From the NCBI GenBank assembly GCA_965215365.1, contig CBDCDS010000003.1, positions 736,001 to 800,000 on the forward strand: a stretch of 64,000 bases of DNA, read 5' to 3'. The DNA comes from Gammaproteobacteria bacterium. GTDB taxonomy: Bacteria > Pseudomonadota > Gammaproteobacteria > Eutrophobiales > Eutrophobiaceae. Position numbers and translations under genes: made by a program. Below are positions 24,706-35,174 of the stretch, in pieces (position 1 is the first letter of the stretch; every line of letters starts with the position of its first letter). The notes beneath the pieces are model-generated. The model ran no database searches. It was not told where the DNA came from and saw only the letters and a list, made by a program, of their open reading frames with translations.

Positions 24706-25743
24706 ATGCGGTTAAAACAAAGCTTGTGTATGGGTCTTGCAGCCACTCTCGTCTTGCTGGCGACGCTGTTTTTTCTGTCGCCCGCCCTTCGCGCTCCGTC
24801 CCTGCACAAGTTTACCGGCCTGACCATGGGCACCAGCTATTCCGTGCTGGTCAACGCCGAGTCCCTGCCGTTGCCCAGGCAATCACTGCAAGCGCAGTTC
24901 GACGCCATGCTGGAGCGGGTCAACGGGCAGATGTCCACCTATCTGCCTGAGTCGGAACTGTCACGGATAAACGCCACCAATAACAACACCTGGCTTCCCG
25001 TCAGTGCCCCCCTGATGGAAGTGCTACTGGCAGCCCGGCAAATAAGCCGGCAAACGCAAGGCGCGTTCGACGTCACGGTTGCTCCGTTGCTCGAGTTATG
25101 GGGCTTCGCGCCGGGCCAGGACTTCACGCTGCCGGAGGCCGCTCAGATCACCCGCGCCTTGCACCGGGTCGGCTATGAAAAACTGCAACTGGACACTGAA
25201 ACTTCCAGTCTGCAAAAAGCCCATGGCAACCTGTCTCTGGAACTCTCTGCCATCGCCAAAGGTTACGCGGTGGACCAGCTTGCCGATTACCTGGAACAAC
25301 TACAGGTGGCAAACTACCTGGTGGAAATCGGCGGCGAAATCCGCGCTCGCGGCGTAAATGACAAACACCAACCCTGGCAAATCGGGATAGAACAACCCCT
25401 GGCCGGCCAACACCAGGTGCGGCAAGTCATCCGGCTGCATAACATGGCCATGGCAACCTCCGGCGATTACCGGAATTTCTTCGAGCAGGACGGACGCCGT
25501 TACTCACACACCATCGACCCCCGCAACGGCTACCCGGTCAGCCACAACCTCGCCTCGGTCACGGTGCTGCATCCCGCCGCCATGCACGCCGACGCCTGGG
25601 CCACCGCCCTGCTGGTGCTGGGCCCGGAAGCCGGCTATGCACTAGCTGTGCAGTACGAACTGGCGGCCTATTTCATCATGCACGACGATAGTGATTTCAA
25701 GGAAGCGTTTACCCCGGCGTTGCAACCTTATGGTAACCTCTAA
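24706..25743 (+). CDS. apbE: FAD:protein FMN transferase
   Basis: TMGTSY, AIAKGYAVD, EIGGE, ATSGDYRN, SHTIDP, ADAWATA. Confidence 0.93.
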   Translation: MRLKQSLCMGLAATLVLLATLFFLSPALRAPSLHKFTGLTMGTSYSVLVNAESLPLPRQSLQAQFDAMLERVNGQMSTYLPESELSRINATNNNTWLPVSAPLMEVLLAARQISRQTQGAFDVTVAPLLELWGFAPGQDFTLPEAAQITRALHRVGYEKLQLDTETSSLQKAHGNLSLELSAIAKGYAVDQLADYLEQLQVANYLVEIGGEIRARGVNDKHQPWQIGIEQPLAGQHQVRQVIRLHNMAMATSGDYRNFFEQDGRRYSHTIDPRNGYPVSHNLASVTVLHPAAMHADAWATALLVLGPEAGYALAVQYELAAYFIMHDDSDFKEAFTPALQPYGNL

Positions 25744-25821
25744 AAATACCCTCCGTGGACGCAACCCTACGGGCAGCTATGGCTGTGCACAAATTCGTCC
25801 GGAACGAATTTGGACAGCGTA

Positions 25822-26595
25822 CTAGCTGCCAGACCGCGTAAACACCAGGCTGTCGGCAGTGGACAAGGTGCCATTATAGCAGTACCCCTCCAGGTCAAAG
25901 CCGTTGAGGTCTGCCGGGTCTGACAGCCGGTTGCGGATGATATAGCGGCTCATCAGCCCGCGTGCTTTCTTTGCATAAAACGAGACCAACTTAAGCTGCC
26001 CGTTGCGTTCCTCTTTGAACACCGGGGTAACGATGCGCGCGGCCAGCTTGTCGGCGCGCACAGATTTGAAATACTCATTAGACGCCAGATTCACCAGTAC
26101 CGGCCGGTCCTGTGCGGCCAGTTCCCGGCCCAGGGCCTGATTGATGCGGTCATCCCAAAAGGCATACAGGTCTTTGCCGCGCCGGTTCTGCAGTTTCGTG
26201 CCCATCTCCAGCCGGTACGGCTGCATCAGGTCCAGCGGCTTGAGCACGCCGTACAGCCCGGACAGGATGCGCAGGTGTTGTTGTGCAAACGCCAGATCGT
26301 CCGGGGTCAGGCTGTCGGCACCAAGCCCGGTATATACATCGCCCTTGAACGCCAGCACGGCCTGCTTGGCGTTGTCGGCGGTAAACGGCAGCGACCAGTT
26401 GTGGTAGCGATTCGAGTTCAACTCAGCCAGTTTCGGGCTGATGCCCATCAGGTCGCTCAGTTGATAGGGCTCAAACGCCCGCAGTTCATCGATCAGCGCC
26501 GCCGAATCATCCAGAAAATCAGGCAGGGTAAATGCCGACCCCTGTGGCGGGGTCTCAAAATCCAGCGTTTTGGCAGGGGAGATGACAATCAGCAT
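25822..26595 (-). CDS. yaaA: Peroxide stress protein YaaA
   Basis: [43 protein letters not shown]. Confidence 0.95.
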   Translation of the reverse strand: MLIVISPAKTLDFETPPQGSAFTLPDFLDDSAALIDELRAFEPYQLSDLMGISPKLAELNSNRYHNWSLPFTADNAKQAVLAFKGDVYTGLGADSLTPDDLAFAQQHLRILSGLYGVLKPLDLMQPYRLEMGTKLQNRRGKDLYAFWDDRINQALGRELAAQDRPVLVNLASNEYFKSVRADKLAARIVTPVFKEERNGQLKLVSFYAKKARGLMSRYIIRNRLSDPADLNGFDLEGYCYNGTLSTADSLVFTRSGS

Positions 26596-26647
26596 AATAT
26601 GGTTCCGGGTAGTTCTATCAGCAGCCCTTGCAACATAGCCGATTTTT

Positions 26648-28096
26648 TCAGGTAAATCTACAACCGGCGTCGCCATCCTGTCCCAGCAAATAGCACAGGA
26701 CATGCGCCGGGACTTTGAGAAAGCGGGTGGGCAGCCCCCGGCGTTGTGATACGCTGAAATCGTCGTCACGCCGGGTGATGAGGCAAGCCCAAGGTGGTTT
26801 TTCCGCGCGACACCAGGTGACCAGCCCGCCATTTTCCTCCAGTTCAGGTTTTTCCCGGTATTTGATCTCAAAGGGCAGTGCGTAAGCCGGACTGCGGACA
26901 ATAATATCCACCTCCCTGCCTGTTGCGGCGTCGCGCCAGTAGGCGATTTCGGGCGTATCGTGATAGTAGTAAGCATACAGGTGTCTTAGTACCGTGGTTT
27001 CCACGATCAGCCCCAGCTCCTCGGCATTGGAAAATATTTCCTCACCGCGCAAAAGCATGGCGTTACGTAACGCGGCATCGACCAGATAATACTTGTTGCG
27101 CGCCTTCAGCGCTTTCTTGCCCCCCAGCCTCGCAGGGGGCAGTTTGTAAATGAGATTGGCCTGCTCCAGTAACGCAAGATGGTTGGCAACCGTACCGGCG
27201 GAGGTCTGCAAGGCCTTGGCGCAGGTATTATGCGCCAGGATGCCACCCGTGTTCAGGCACAGGTAGGTAAACAATCGCTCCAATTCATTGATATTACGGA
27301 CACCAGACAGCGCCACCATGTCACGTTTAAGCACGCGCTCAAACACGTCCTCGCGTAACAGTCTTTGACACAGCTCGATATTCTCCAGCCTTGCGGTTTC
27401 CGGGAACCCGCCAACCAGGAGATAACGCTGAAACAACGGCTGCAACGGCCGCAGTTGTGCCGCCAGCCCGACGAGCTCGGCCGGCGTCATTGAAAACAGA
27501 TTATCAAGCCGATAGTTGTCGGGAACAGCCGGCGCCGGCGCTGCGCGGATATGCAGGTACTCATAGAAGGACAAAGTAGGGACCGGCACCGTTATCCAGC
27601 GTCCCACCCCGCTCTCCGCCAGCCGTTCGCGGTGAATAACGCTGGTCGAACCGGTGGCGACGATACGGTAATGGGGCTGGTGGTCAACCAGCAACTTGAC
27701 TTCAGTTTCCCAGCCGGAGGAATACTGTATTTCATCCAGCAGAAGTATCACCTCCTGTCCTTCCCCGTAGCGCGTTTCGTGATAAACCTTCAGAATATCG
27801 CGCAGGGAAACCAGTTTCAGCAACGGGTGGTCCAGACTCAGGTAAAGAATACTCCTTGGGTCGGCGCCGCGCGCAACCAAATCAACGGCCATTTGCCGAA
27901 GTATGGTGGTCTTGCCCACCTGGCGTGGCCCTGACAACAGCACCGCCCGCCGCAACGAGACATTCTCCAGGTAGCTGCGGACAGCCGCAAACGCAAGGCG
28001 CCGGAAATCAGGCACCGGAGCCTGCTGTCCACCCCACCAGGGGTTAAACCCGTGGAGCACCGGGATAATTTCTGATTTGTCGAGAAAATCATTCAA
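26648..28096 (-). CDS. AAA+ ATPase with DUF4143 (COG1373)
   Basis: [34 protein letters not shown]. Confidence 0.88.
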   Translation of the reverse strand: MNDFLDKSEIIPVLHGFNPWWGGQQAPVPDFRRLAFAAVRSYLENVSLRRAVLLSGPRQVGKTTILRQMAVDLVARGADPRSILYLSLDHPLLKLVSLRDILKVYHETRYGEGQEVILLLDEIQYSSGWETEVKLLVDHQPHYRIVATGSTSVIHRERLAESGVGRWITVPVPTLSFYEYLHIRAAPAPAVPDNYRLDNLFSMTPAELVGLAAQLRPLQPLFQRYLLVGGFPETARLENIELCQRLLREDVFERVLKRDMVALSGVRNINELERLFTYLCLNTGGILAHNTCAKALQTSAGTVANHLALLEQANLIYKLPPARLGGKKALKARNKYYLVDAALRNAMLLRGEEIFSNAEELGLIVETTVLRHLYAYYYHDTPEIAYWRDAATGREVDIIVRSPAYALPFEIKYREKPELEENGGLVTWCRAEKPPWACLITRRDDDFSVSQRRGLPTRFLKVPAHVLCYLLGQDGDAGCRFT

Positions 28097-28295
28097 AACG
28101 GAGATATTTTATGATTTATTTCCGATAAGTACAAAGTGTACTTTATATTTATCGGAAATAAAACCGTTTTTAACCAACCGATGACGTATGGCTTGGGACA
28201 GGCTGCAACCCGCTGCGGCCGGTTAATGATAAGGGCGCCTCTAAAAATTAGAGGCACCCGTGCGGCATAAGGATATGCCGCCCGGAAGGGCGCAG

Positions 28296-28463
28296 TTACT
28301 TGATCTTGCCTTCCTTGTAAAGCACGTATTTGCGTATCACCGGGTCGAATTTCATGATTTCCATTTTGTCCGGCATGTTGCGTTTGTTTTTGGTGGTGGT
28401 GTAGAAGTGTCCGGTGCCGGCGGATGAATTCAGGCGGATTTTGTCGCGGGCGCTGTTAGCCAT
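28296..28463 (-). CDS. rpmG: 50S ribosomal protein L33
   Basis: Manual translation [55 protein letters not shown]. Confidence 0.96.
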   Translation of the reverse strand: MANSARDKIRLNSSAGTGHFYTTTKNKRNMPDKMEIMKFDPVIRKYVLYKEGKIK

Positions 28464-28472
28464 GTTGGTCTC

Positions 28473-28709
28473 CTATACTTTGCCGCCACGGGCGCGCACA
28501 TTGGCTAACACCCGGTCGATGCCCAGCTTGTCGATGATACGCAAGCCCTTGCTGCTGACCCGCAGCCGCACCCAACGGTTTTCGCTTTCCACCCAGAACC
28601 GGCGCTGGTGCAGGTTGGGCAGGAAGCGCCGCTTGCTCTTGTTGTTGGCGTGGGAAACATGGTTTCCCGACAAGGGTTTCTTTCCGGTTACCTGACAGAC
28701 CCGTGACAT
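28473..28709 (-). CDS. rpmB: 50S ribosomal protein L28
   Basis: [12 protein letters not shown]...[19 protein letters not shown]. Confidence 0.98.
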   Translation of the reverse strand: MSRVCQVTGKKPLSGNHVSHANNKSKRRFLPNLHQRRFWVESENRWVRLRVSSKGLRIIDKLGIDRVLANVRARGGKV

Positions 28710-28828
28710 GGCTGTGTTCTCTCAATGCTGCAAAGGGAAGCGGATTATACACATATCCCGCGCGGGTGACAAACTTTTCCGGGTTAGTCTGACACCAACT
28801 ATGTTTTTCTATTGACATATAAAAGTAT

Positions 28829-28890
28829 TAGCCCGCATATCTCACCAAGTGATGCGAAGATCGCGCCGGATTGGTTCTGCCTGCGGGTTA
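28829..28890. mobile_element. Short module of the CCCGCA-N6-ACCAA MITE family, flanked by TA
   Basis: TA-GCCCGCATATCTCACCAA...TTGGTTCTGCCTGCGGGT-TA; same as the short arm of the 49 kb array units. Confidence 0.75.
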
Positions 28891-28923
28891 GGTTGCCCTG
28901 GTTCAACAGGGCCATCTTGGCGT

Positions 28924-28972
28924 TGTCCGGGTTCAGAAACAAGTGAGACTCTTACTGTATTGAACCTGGACA
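28924..28972 (+). mobile_element. 49-bp mini-IS481 derivative with 5-bp TSD
   Basis: Left end TGTCCGGGTTCAGAAACAAGTGAGACTCTT joined to right end TATTGAACCTGGACA; GGCGT on both sides. Confidence 0.85.
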
Positions 28973-29094
28973 GGCGTTTTTATTTCAAACCTGAGTCATG
29001 TAGAATGTCTCTCCTGAGCTGTTAACGGATGTGAATGCTGGCGCGAACGCCGACAGGATAGACTGAGCCGCCGCTTCACTGAGAGGATTTTGCC

Positions 29095-29691
29095 ATGACC
29101 GACGAAGAACTGAAAGCACTGGTTGCCGGCTTGGCCGTCGCGCAAGACCGTACTGATGCCCAGCAGGCGAAGACCGAGGCCAAGCTGGCGAAGACCGAAG
29201 CCCTGATTGAAAAAAACGCCGCGCAGCAGGCGAGGACCGATGCCCAGCTGGCGAAGACCGATGCCAAGCTGAACCGTCTGGCGGAAATGTACGGCGGTGT
29301 CGGCAACAGCCTAGGGGCGGCAGCCGAGGAGTTCTACCACAACAGCCTCAAGGCCAATCCGGTGCTGGCCGGGGTGCGCTTCGACTTCGTCGACCGGAAC
29401 ATCACCCGCAGCCGCGCCGGCCTTGAGGACGAGTTTGACCTGCTGTTAGTGAACGGTCGCGAAGTGTTTGTCGTGGAAGTGAAGTACAAGGCACATGAGA
29501 ACGACTTGGCGCGCCTGCTGGACCAGAAGGCGCCCAACTTCCGGCGCTTATTCCCGGAACATGCCGACCGCCGGCAGCGCTTGGCACTGGCCGCCTTCCA
29601 CTTCCATGACGAGCTGAAGCAGGCGGCCTTAGCGCGCGGCGTGACCGTACTGCAACGCAAGGGCGATGTCATCGAAACCCTTGCGGCCTGA
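29095..29691 (+). CDS. Coiled-coil + PD-(D/E)XK-like protein (DUF3782-like)
   Basis: Heptad AKTDAQL repeats; G..AEEFY, EFDLLL, VVEVKYK. Confidence 0.7.
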   Translation: MTDEELKALVAGLAVAQDRTDAQQAKTEAKLAKTEALIEKNAAQQARTDAQLAKTDAKLNRLAEMYGGVGNSLGAAAEEFYHNSLKANPVLAGVRFDFVDRNITRSRAGLEDEFDLLLVNGREVFVVEVKYKAHENDLARLLDQKAPNFRRLFPEHADRRQRLALAAFHFHDELKQAALARGVTVLQRKGDVIETLAA

Positions 29692-29869
29692 GCAAACTCC
29701 GAACAACATACCGGTCGACGTAATGCCGGAAGGTCCGGACAACACAATCCGACAGTTCTGTGTCATGACCCGGCATGATACCCTTGCCTCAAAAAGTCAC
29801 TTCAGGATGGCCCTGATTGAACCTGGACAAAGTGAGCAGAGGCGGGAGTGACGCACGGAGGCGGGGGTT

Positions 29870-30544
29870 TTACATCAACCCCCGCTCGGCCATGGACGTT
29901 ACCAGCCGGTCGCCGACTACCAGATGGTCCAGCACGCGCACATCCAGCAGGGCCAGGGCCTGGGTCAGCTTGATAGTGATGTTGCGGTCGGCCTCTGAGG
30001 GTTCGGCGATGCCGGATGGGTGGTTGTGGGCGAAGATGAGGGCCGAGGCATTCAGTTCCATACAGCGTTTTACCACCTCGCGCGGATAAACGCTGGCACC
30101 GTCGATGGTGCCGGTGAACAGGATTTCACTATTGATGATGCGGTGGCGGCTGTCCAGGAACATGCAGGCGAACACCTCGTGCGGATAGCGGCAGAGCCAG
30201 GCCTTGACGTAGGTTTTGGTCTTGTCCGGGTCGCTCAGGATCGGCATCGCGCGCACCTCCGCTTCCAGGTAACGCCGCCCTAGTTCCAGCGCCGCCTGCA
30301 ACAACACCCACTTGGCCTCGCCCAGCCCCTTGGTCTTGAGCAGCACATTGCGGTTCTGTTCCAGCAGTGGCCGCAACCCCTGCGCCTTGCCGAGCATGTC
30401 CCGGGCCATATCCACCGCGCTGTGGCCGCTGTAGCCGGAGCCCAGGAAGATGGCAAGCAGTTCCGCGTCGGAAAGACTGTGTGAGCCGTTATGCAGCAAC
30501 TTGTAACGCGGCTGCTCGGTTTGGGGCCAATGGCGAATTGCCAT
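29870..30544 (-). CDS. radC: RadC (JAB domain) protein
   Basis: LSDAELLAI, VYPREV, AHNHPSG, LDHLVVG; conserved position between rpmB and coaBC. Confidence 0.95.
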   Translation of the reverse strand: MAIRHWPQTEQPRYKLLHNGSHSLSDAELLAIFLGSGYSGHSAVDMARDMLGKAQGLRPLLEQNRNVLLKTKGLGEAKWVLLQAALELGRRYLEAEVRAMPILSDPDKTKTYVKAWLCRYPHEVFACMFLDSRHRIINSEILFTGTIDGASVYPREVVKRCMELNASALIFAHNHPSGIAEPSEADRNITIKLTQALALLDVRVLDHLVVGDRLVTSMAERGLM

Positions 30545-30680
30545 ATCTGAACCTCCCTGTTCGGTAAAGGGTGAAATTACGACACCAGTATATAACAAGC
30601 GTTATTCATGTCAAGGCCGGCGCGTAACGGGCGTGACCGTAAAACCTGCGCCGGCGCCTGATATGGGTTACACTGGCACC

Positions 30681-31922
30681 ATGCAGACACTGGCCGATCA
30701 ACGCATCCTGCTGGGTATCAGCGGCAGCATCGCCGCCTACAAGAGCGCGGAGCTGACCCGGCGCTTGCGCGAGTGCGGCGCCGAGGTGCGGGTGGTGATG
30801 ACTCCCGCCGCCACGGAGTTCATTACCCCCCTGACCTTGCAGGCCGTATCCGGCAACAGCGTACACACCAGACTGCTGGAGCACGCGGCCGAGGCCGCCA
30901 TGGGGCATATTGAACTGGCCCGCTGGGCCGACCTGATCCTGATTGCCCCGGCCACGGCGAACTGCATCGCCCGGTTAAGCAATGGGCTGGCCGATGATCT
31001 GTTAACCACCTTGTGTCTGGCCAGTGAGGCGCCGCTGTTTCTGGCCCCGGCCATGAACCGGCAGATGTGGCAACACCCGGCCACGCAGGAGAATATCACC
31101 CGCCTGCAAGCCCGCGGCGCGACCCTGCTGGGGCCCGCCAGTGGCGCCCAGGCCTGTGGCGAGACCGGGCCGGGCCGGTTGCCGGAGCCCGAGGAGTTGG
31201 TGCAGGCGTTAGCCGCCGTCGGCGGGAGGTGCCAGCTTGCCGGGGTCAAGGTGCTGGTCAGCGCCGGGCCGACCCGCGAGTTTATCGACCCGGTGCGCTA
31301 TCTCAGCAATCGCAGCTCAGGGCGCATGGGCTATGCCGTGGCCGTGGCCGCAGTCGCCGCCGGCGCCACCGTCACCCTGGTGTCGGGCCCCGTCTCCCTG
31401 GCGCCGCCGGCGCAGGTGCAACGCATTAACGTAACTACCGCCGCGCAGATGCAGGGCGAGATTCTGCGTTGCGCCGGCACCAGCGACATATTTATTGCCA
31501 CCGCCGCAGTGGCGGATTACCGGGCGCGCACACCGGCGTTGCAGAAGCTGAAAAAACAGCAAGCCGAACTGCTGCTGCCGCTGGAGCAGACGCCCGATAT
31601 TCTGGCCGAAGTGGCGGCGCTGCCGGCGCCGCCGTTTACCGTCGGCTTCGCCGCGGAGACCGACAACCTTCATGCCAACGCACAACAAAAACTGGCGCGC
31701 AAAAAACTGAACATGATCGCCGCTAACCGGGTTGGGGACGGCCTGGGGTTTGACAGTGACGAGAACGCGCTGGAGGTATTCTGGCCGGGCGGGTCAGAGT
31801 CGCTTGCCACCGCGCCCAAGGACACACTGGCCCGGCAACTGCTGGACCTTGTTGCTGCGCGCTATCGCGCACACCTTGCTCAGGCTGGGGAAGCTGCCGT
31901 AGCACAGGACGTATCGGGTTGA
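30681..31922 (+). CDS. coaBC: Phosphopantothenoylcysteine decarboxylase/ligase
   Basis: GSIAAYK, HIELARWAD, PAMN, AGPTRE, NRSSGRMG, GFAAET. Confidence 0.96.
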   Translation: MQTLADQRILLGISGSIAAYKSAELTRRLRECGAEVRVVMTPAATEFITPLTLQAVSGNSVHTRLLEHAAEAAMGHIELARWADLILIAPATANCIARLSNGLADDLLTTLCLASEAPLFLAPAMNRQMWQHPATQENITRLQARGATLLGPASGAQACGETGPGRLPEPEELVQALAAVGGRCQLAGVKVLVSAGPTREFIDPVRYLSNRSSGRMGYAVAVAAVAAGATVTLVSGPVSLAPPAQVQRINVTTAAQMQGEILRCAGTSDIFIATAAVADYRARTPALQKLKKQQAELLLPLEQTPDILAEVAALPAPPFTVGFAAETDNLHANAQQKLARKKLNMIAANRVGDGLGFDSDENALEVFWPGGSESLATAPKDTLARQLLDLVAARYRAHLAQAGEAAVAQDVSG

Positions 31923-31929
31923 CCGCGTA

Positions 31930-33339
31930 GTGACTGATAACCTGATGACTGACCCCGCCGTTCCCGCATCTATTTTTCGCGCCTACGATATTCGCGGCGT
32001 GGTAGGCGATACTTTGACCGTTGACGTGGCCCGGCTTATCGGGCAGGGCATCGGCACGATTGCCGCCGATCAGGCTGAGCAGGTTATCATCGTCGGGCGC
32101 GACGGCCGGTGCTCCAGCCCGGCTCTGGTCGCGGCCTTGATCGAGGGTTTGCGCGCCGCCGGTCGCGATGTTATCGATATCGGCATGGTACCGACGCCAT
32201 TGCTGTATTTTGCCACGCGCCACCTCCCGACCCACAGCGGGGTCATGGTCACCGGCAGTCATAACGGGCCGGAATACAACGGCATGAAGCTGATTATGGC
32301 CGGGCGAACCCTGTTCGGGGAAGCCTTGCAGAGCATTTACCAGCGCATCCTTGCCGGTGATTTCGTCTGTGGTTACGGTGCCTTGTCAGCTGCTGAAGTG
32401 CGGGATGATTATCTCACGCGGGTTACCCGCGACATGCCCCCGGCCGGCAACGCCAGCGCGCTGAACCTCGTTATCGACTGCGGCAACGGCGTGGCCGGCG
32501 CGGTGGCGCCTGCACTGTTCCGCGCCCTGGGCCATCGGGTCGAGGAGCTGTACTGCGAGGTGGACGGCGCGTTTCCCAACCACCATCCCGACCCCAGCCA
32601 GCCGCAAAACCTGGAGGCGCTGATTGACGCGGTAGTCACTCGGGGTGCCGACCTTGGGTTGGCCTTTGACGGTGACGGCGACCGCCTGGGCGTGGTTGAC
32701 AGCAACGGCCACGTTATCTGGCCGGATCGACAGTTGATGGTGTTTGCCAAGGATGTGCTGAGCCGCAACCAGGGTGCCAGTATTGTCTATGACGTGAAAT
32801 GTTCGCGCTACTTAAAGACCGTGATCGAGGCTGCCGGCGGCGTGCCGCTGATGTGGAAGACCGGGCACTCGTTAATCAAGAGCAAAATGGAAGCGGAGCA
32901 GGCGCCACTCGCCGGTGAGTTAAGCGGCCACATCTTTTTCAAGGAACGCTGGTACGGGTTTGACGATGCTCTGTACGCCGGCGCCCGCCTGTTGGAGCTG
33001 CTGGCGCAAAGCAAAATGAGCTCCGCCGCGCTGTTCGCCGGGATCCCGGAGGGTGTCTCCACGCCCGAATTGCGGGTGCAGTTGCCGGAGACGGAGCATC
33101 GGTCTTACATGCACAAGCTGCGCGCCAAGGCAGATTTTCCCGATGCGGAAATTATCGATACCGACGGCATCCGGGTGGAATTTGCAGACGGCTGGGGTCT
33201 GGTGCGTTCTTCCAATACCTCACCGGCGCTGACCGTGCGCTTCGAGGCGGACCATGACGCGGCCTTAAAGCGCATACAGGCGCAGTTCCGTACCCTGTTG
33301 CAGAACAGCGCCGATTATGCCATGGAGTTGCCGTTTTAG
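31930..33339 (+). CDS. algC: Phosphomannomutase/phosphoglucomutase
   Basis: FRAYDIRG, TGSHN, FDGDGDR, GELSGH, RSSNT. Confidence 0.93.
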   Translation: MTDNLMTDPAVPASIFRAYDIRGVVGDTLTVDVARLIGQGIGTIAADQAEQVIIVGRDGRCSSPALVAALIEGLRAAGRDVIDIGMVPTPLLYFATRHLPTHSGVMVTGSHNGPEYNGMKLIMAGRTLFGEALQSIYQRILAGDFVCGYGALSAAEVRDDYLTRVTRDMPPAGNASALNLVIDCGNGVAGAVAPALFRALGHRVEELYCEVDGAFPNHHPDPSQPQNLEALIDAVVTRGADLGLAFDGDGDRLGVVDSNGHVIWPDRQLMVFAKDVLSRNQGASIVYDVKCSRYLKTVIEAAGGVPLMWKTGHSLIKSKMEAEQAPLAGELSGHIFFKERWYGFDDALYAGARLLELLAQSKMSSAALFAGIPEGVSTPELRVQLPETEHRSYMHKLRAKADFPDAEIIDTDGIRVEFADGWGLVRSSNTSPALTVRFEADHDAALKRIQAQFRTLLQNSADYAMELPF

Positions 33340-33599
33340 CCCGCATATGCCCATGTCTGGAGCAACCGAAATCCCAGCAATCCCAATCAGGGCCCCGGCG
33401 AGATGGTGATACCGGTTTTAAGCCCGCCTGTGAACACCAGTCAATGGACGGAATCAGGCAGCGCCTACTTCATGTTCATGGGCGGCAAGGGCTGCGCGAC
33501 GGTCAACTATGCGGGACAGACCGACGGTACCAACCAGTAACGGGGGTGCCGGAATGGCGGGCGGGGCGCAATGCTCCCGGAGCATGGTTCCCAGTGGTC

Positions 33600-34247
33600 T
33601 CAGACTCCGTATTGCTTGCGGTAACGCGCCATGGCTTGCAGTTGCGTTGCCTGCTGCGGTTGCCGGCGCAGGTATTCGAGCAGGTGGTCGAAGTTGATGA
33701 TGGGGAGCACGGGAATCCGGTAGCGCTGCTGAATTTCCTCAATGGCAGACAGGTCGCTACCGTCGCCCGCGCGTTCCTGCCGGTCCAGGGCGATGGCCAC
33801 GGCTGCGGGCCGGGCGCCGTGGCGCCGTATCAGGTCAATGCAGTGGTGCACGGAGGTGCCGGCGGTAATCACGTCATCAACAATCAGCACCTCGCCGCGC
33901 AGGGCCGCGCCGGCCACCATGCCGCCCTCGCCGTGGTCTTTTTCCTCCTTGCGGTCAAAGCTGTAGGGCAGCGCGCGGTGATATGTCTGCGCGTAGGCAA
34001 TAGCAACCGCCGTCACCAGCGGGATACCCTTGTAGGCCGGGCCGAACAGCATATCGAAGGACAGCCCGGCATGGTCTATGGCGCGCAGGTAGAAGGTGCC
34101 CAGCTGCCCGAGGCTGGCACCGTCGTTAAACAGCCCGCTGTTGAAAAAATACGGACTGACACGGCCCGACTTGAGGGTAAAACGGCCGAATTGCAACGCC
34201 TCATTGCGGATTGCAAACTCGATAAATTCGGCCTGATAGGTCTCCAT
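33600..34247 (-). CDS. pyrE: Orotate phosphoribosyltransferase
   Basis: FTLKSGRVSPYFFN, GPAYKGIP, RKEEKDHGEGG, VDDVITAGT. Confidence 0.97.
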   Translation of the reverse strand: METYQAEFIEFAIRNEALQFGRFTLKSGRVSPYFFNSGLFNDGASLGQLGTFYLRAIDHAGLSFDMLFGPAYKGIPLVTAVAIAYAQTYHRALPYSFDRKEEKDHGEGGMVAGAALRGEVLIVDDVITAGTSVHHCIDLIRRHGARPAAVAIALDRQERAGDGSDLSAIEEIQQRYRIPVLPIINFDHLLEYLRRQPQQATQLQAMARYRKQYGV

Positions 34248-34374
34248 AAGCTGCGTCAGGCGCGGCAGGCGCAGGAGTAGTGATGCGGGTGTAGCCCCTG
34301 CATGGATGCGGGGTCGGTGTTATCATTAGCGGGCATCGTTGTTCCTCCGGCAACCACTGCGGACAGAGTATAAC

Positions 34375-35142
34375 ATGAAGATAATCACCTTAAACGCCAA
34401 TGGTATCCGCGCCGCCTGCAGCAAGGGGTTTCTGGACTGGATGCTGCAACAGCAGGCCGATGTGATCTGCCTGCAGGAAATCAAGGCGCAGACCGAACAA
34501 CTGGCGGCCCACGTGCTGCAACCGGACGGGTATTTCGGTTACTTCAACAGCGCCGAGAAAAAAGGCTACAGCGGCGTTGCCTTGTATTCGCGCCGCCCGC
34601 CGGCGCGCGTCAATGCCACCCTGGGCTGGGCTCAGGCCGACCGGGAGGGGCGTTTTTTGCAGGCCGACTATGCCGGGTTCAGCGTTATCTCAGTATATCT
34701 GCCGTCCGGCACTTCGGGGGAGGAACGTCAGGCGGTCAAGTACGACTTCATGGCGCGTTTCGAGCCGGTGCTGGCGGCGATGCTGCAACAGGACCATGAA
34801 TTTATCATCTGTGGCGACTGGAACATCGCGCACCGGCAGCTCGACTTGAAAAACTGGCGCAGCAACCAGAAAAACTCCGGGTTTTTACCGGAGGAGCGCG
34901 CCTGGCTGGACAAGGTGTTCGGCGAGCTGGGGCTGGTTGATGCGTTCCGGGTGGTAAACCCGCAGCCGGAACAATATACCTGGTGGTCAAACCGGGGCCA
35001 GTCCTGGGCCAAAAACGTGGGCTGGCGCATAGATTACCAGGTCATCACCCCGGGTCTGGCCGACCGGGTGCGGGCCGCGTCCATTTACAAGGCGCAACGC
35101 TTCTCCGACCACGCACCGCTCGTTATTGAATACGATATTTGA
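34375..35142 (+). CDS. xth: Exodeoxyribonuclease III family
   Basis: NANGIRA, LQEIKA, GYSGV, GDWNIAH, WRIDY, SDHAP. Confidence 0.92.
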   Translation: MKIITLNANGIRAACSKGFLDWMLQQQADVICLQEIKAQTEQLAAHVLQPDGYFGYFNSAEKKGYSGVALYSRRPPARVNATLGWAQADREGRFLQADYAGFSVISVYLPSGTSGEERQAVKYDFMARFEPVLAAMLQQDHEFIICGDWNIAHRQLDLKNWRSNQKNSGFLPEERAWLDKVFGELGLVDAFRVVNPQPEQYTWWSNRGQSWAKNVGWRIDYQVITPGLADRVRAASIYKAQRFSDHAPLVIEYDI

Positions 35143-35174
35143 GCGGCACGCCTAATTCCCCCTGCCCGGTTCAC

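Noticed and set aside
26596-26976. 126-aa N-terminal extension of YaaA
   Set aside because: It overlaps the DUF4143 gene in another frame; the conserved YaaA start is at 26595
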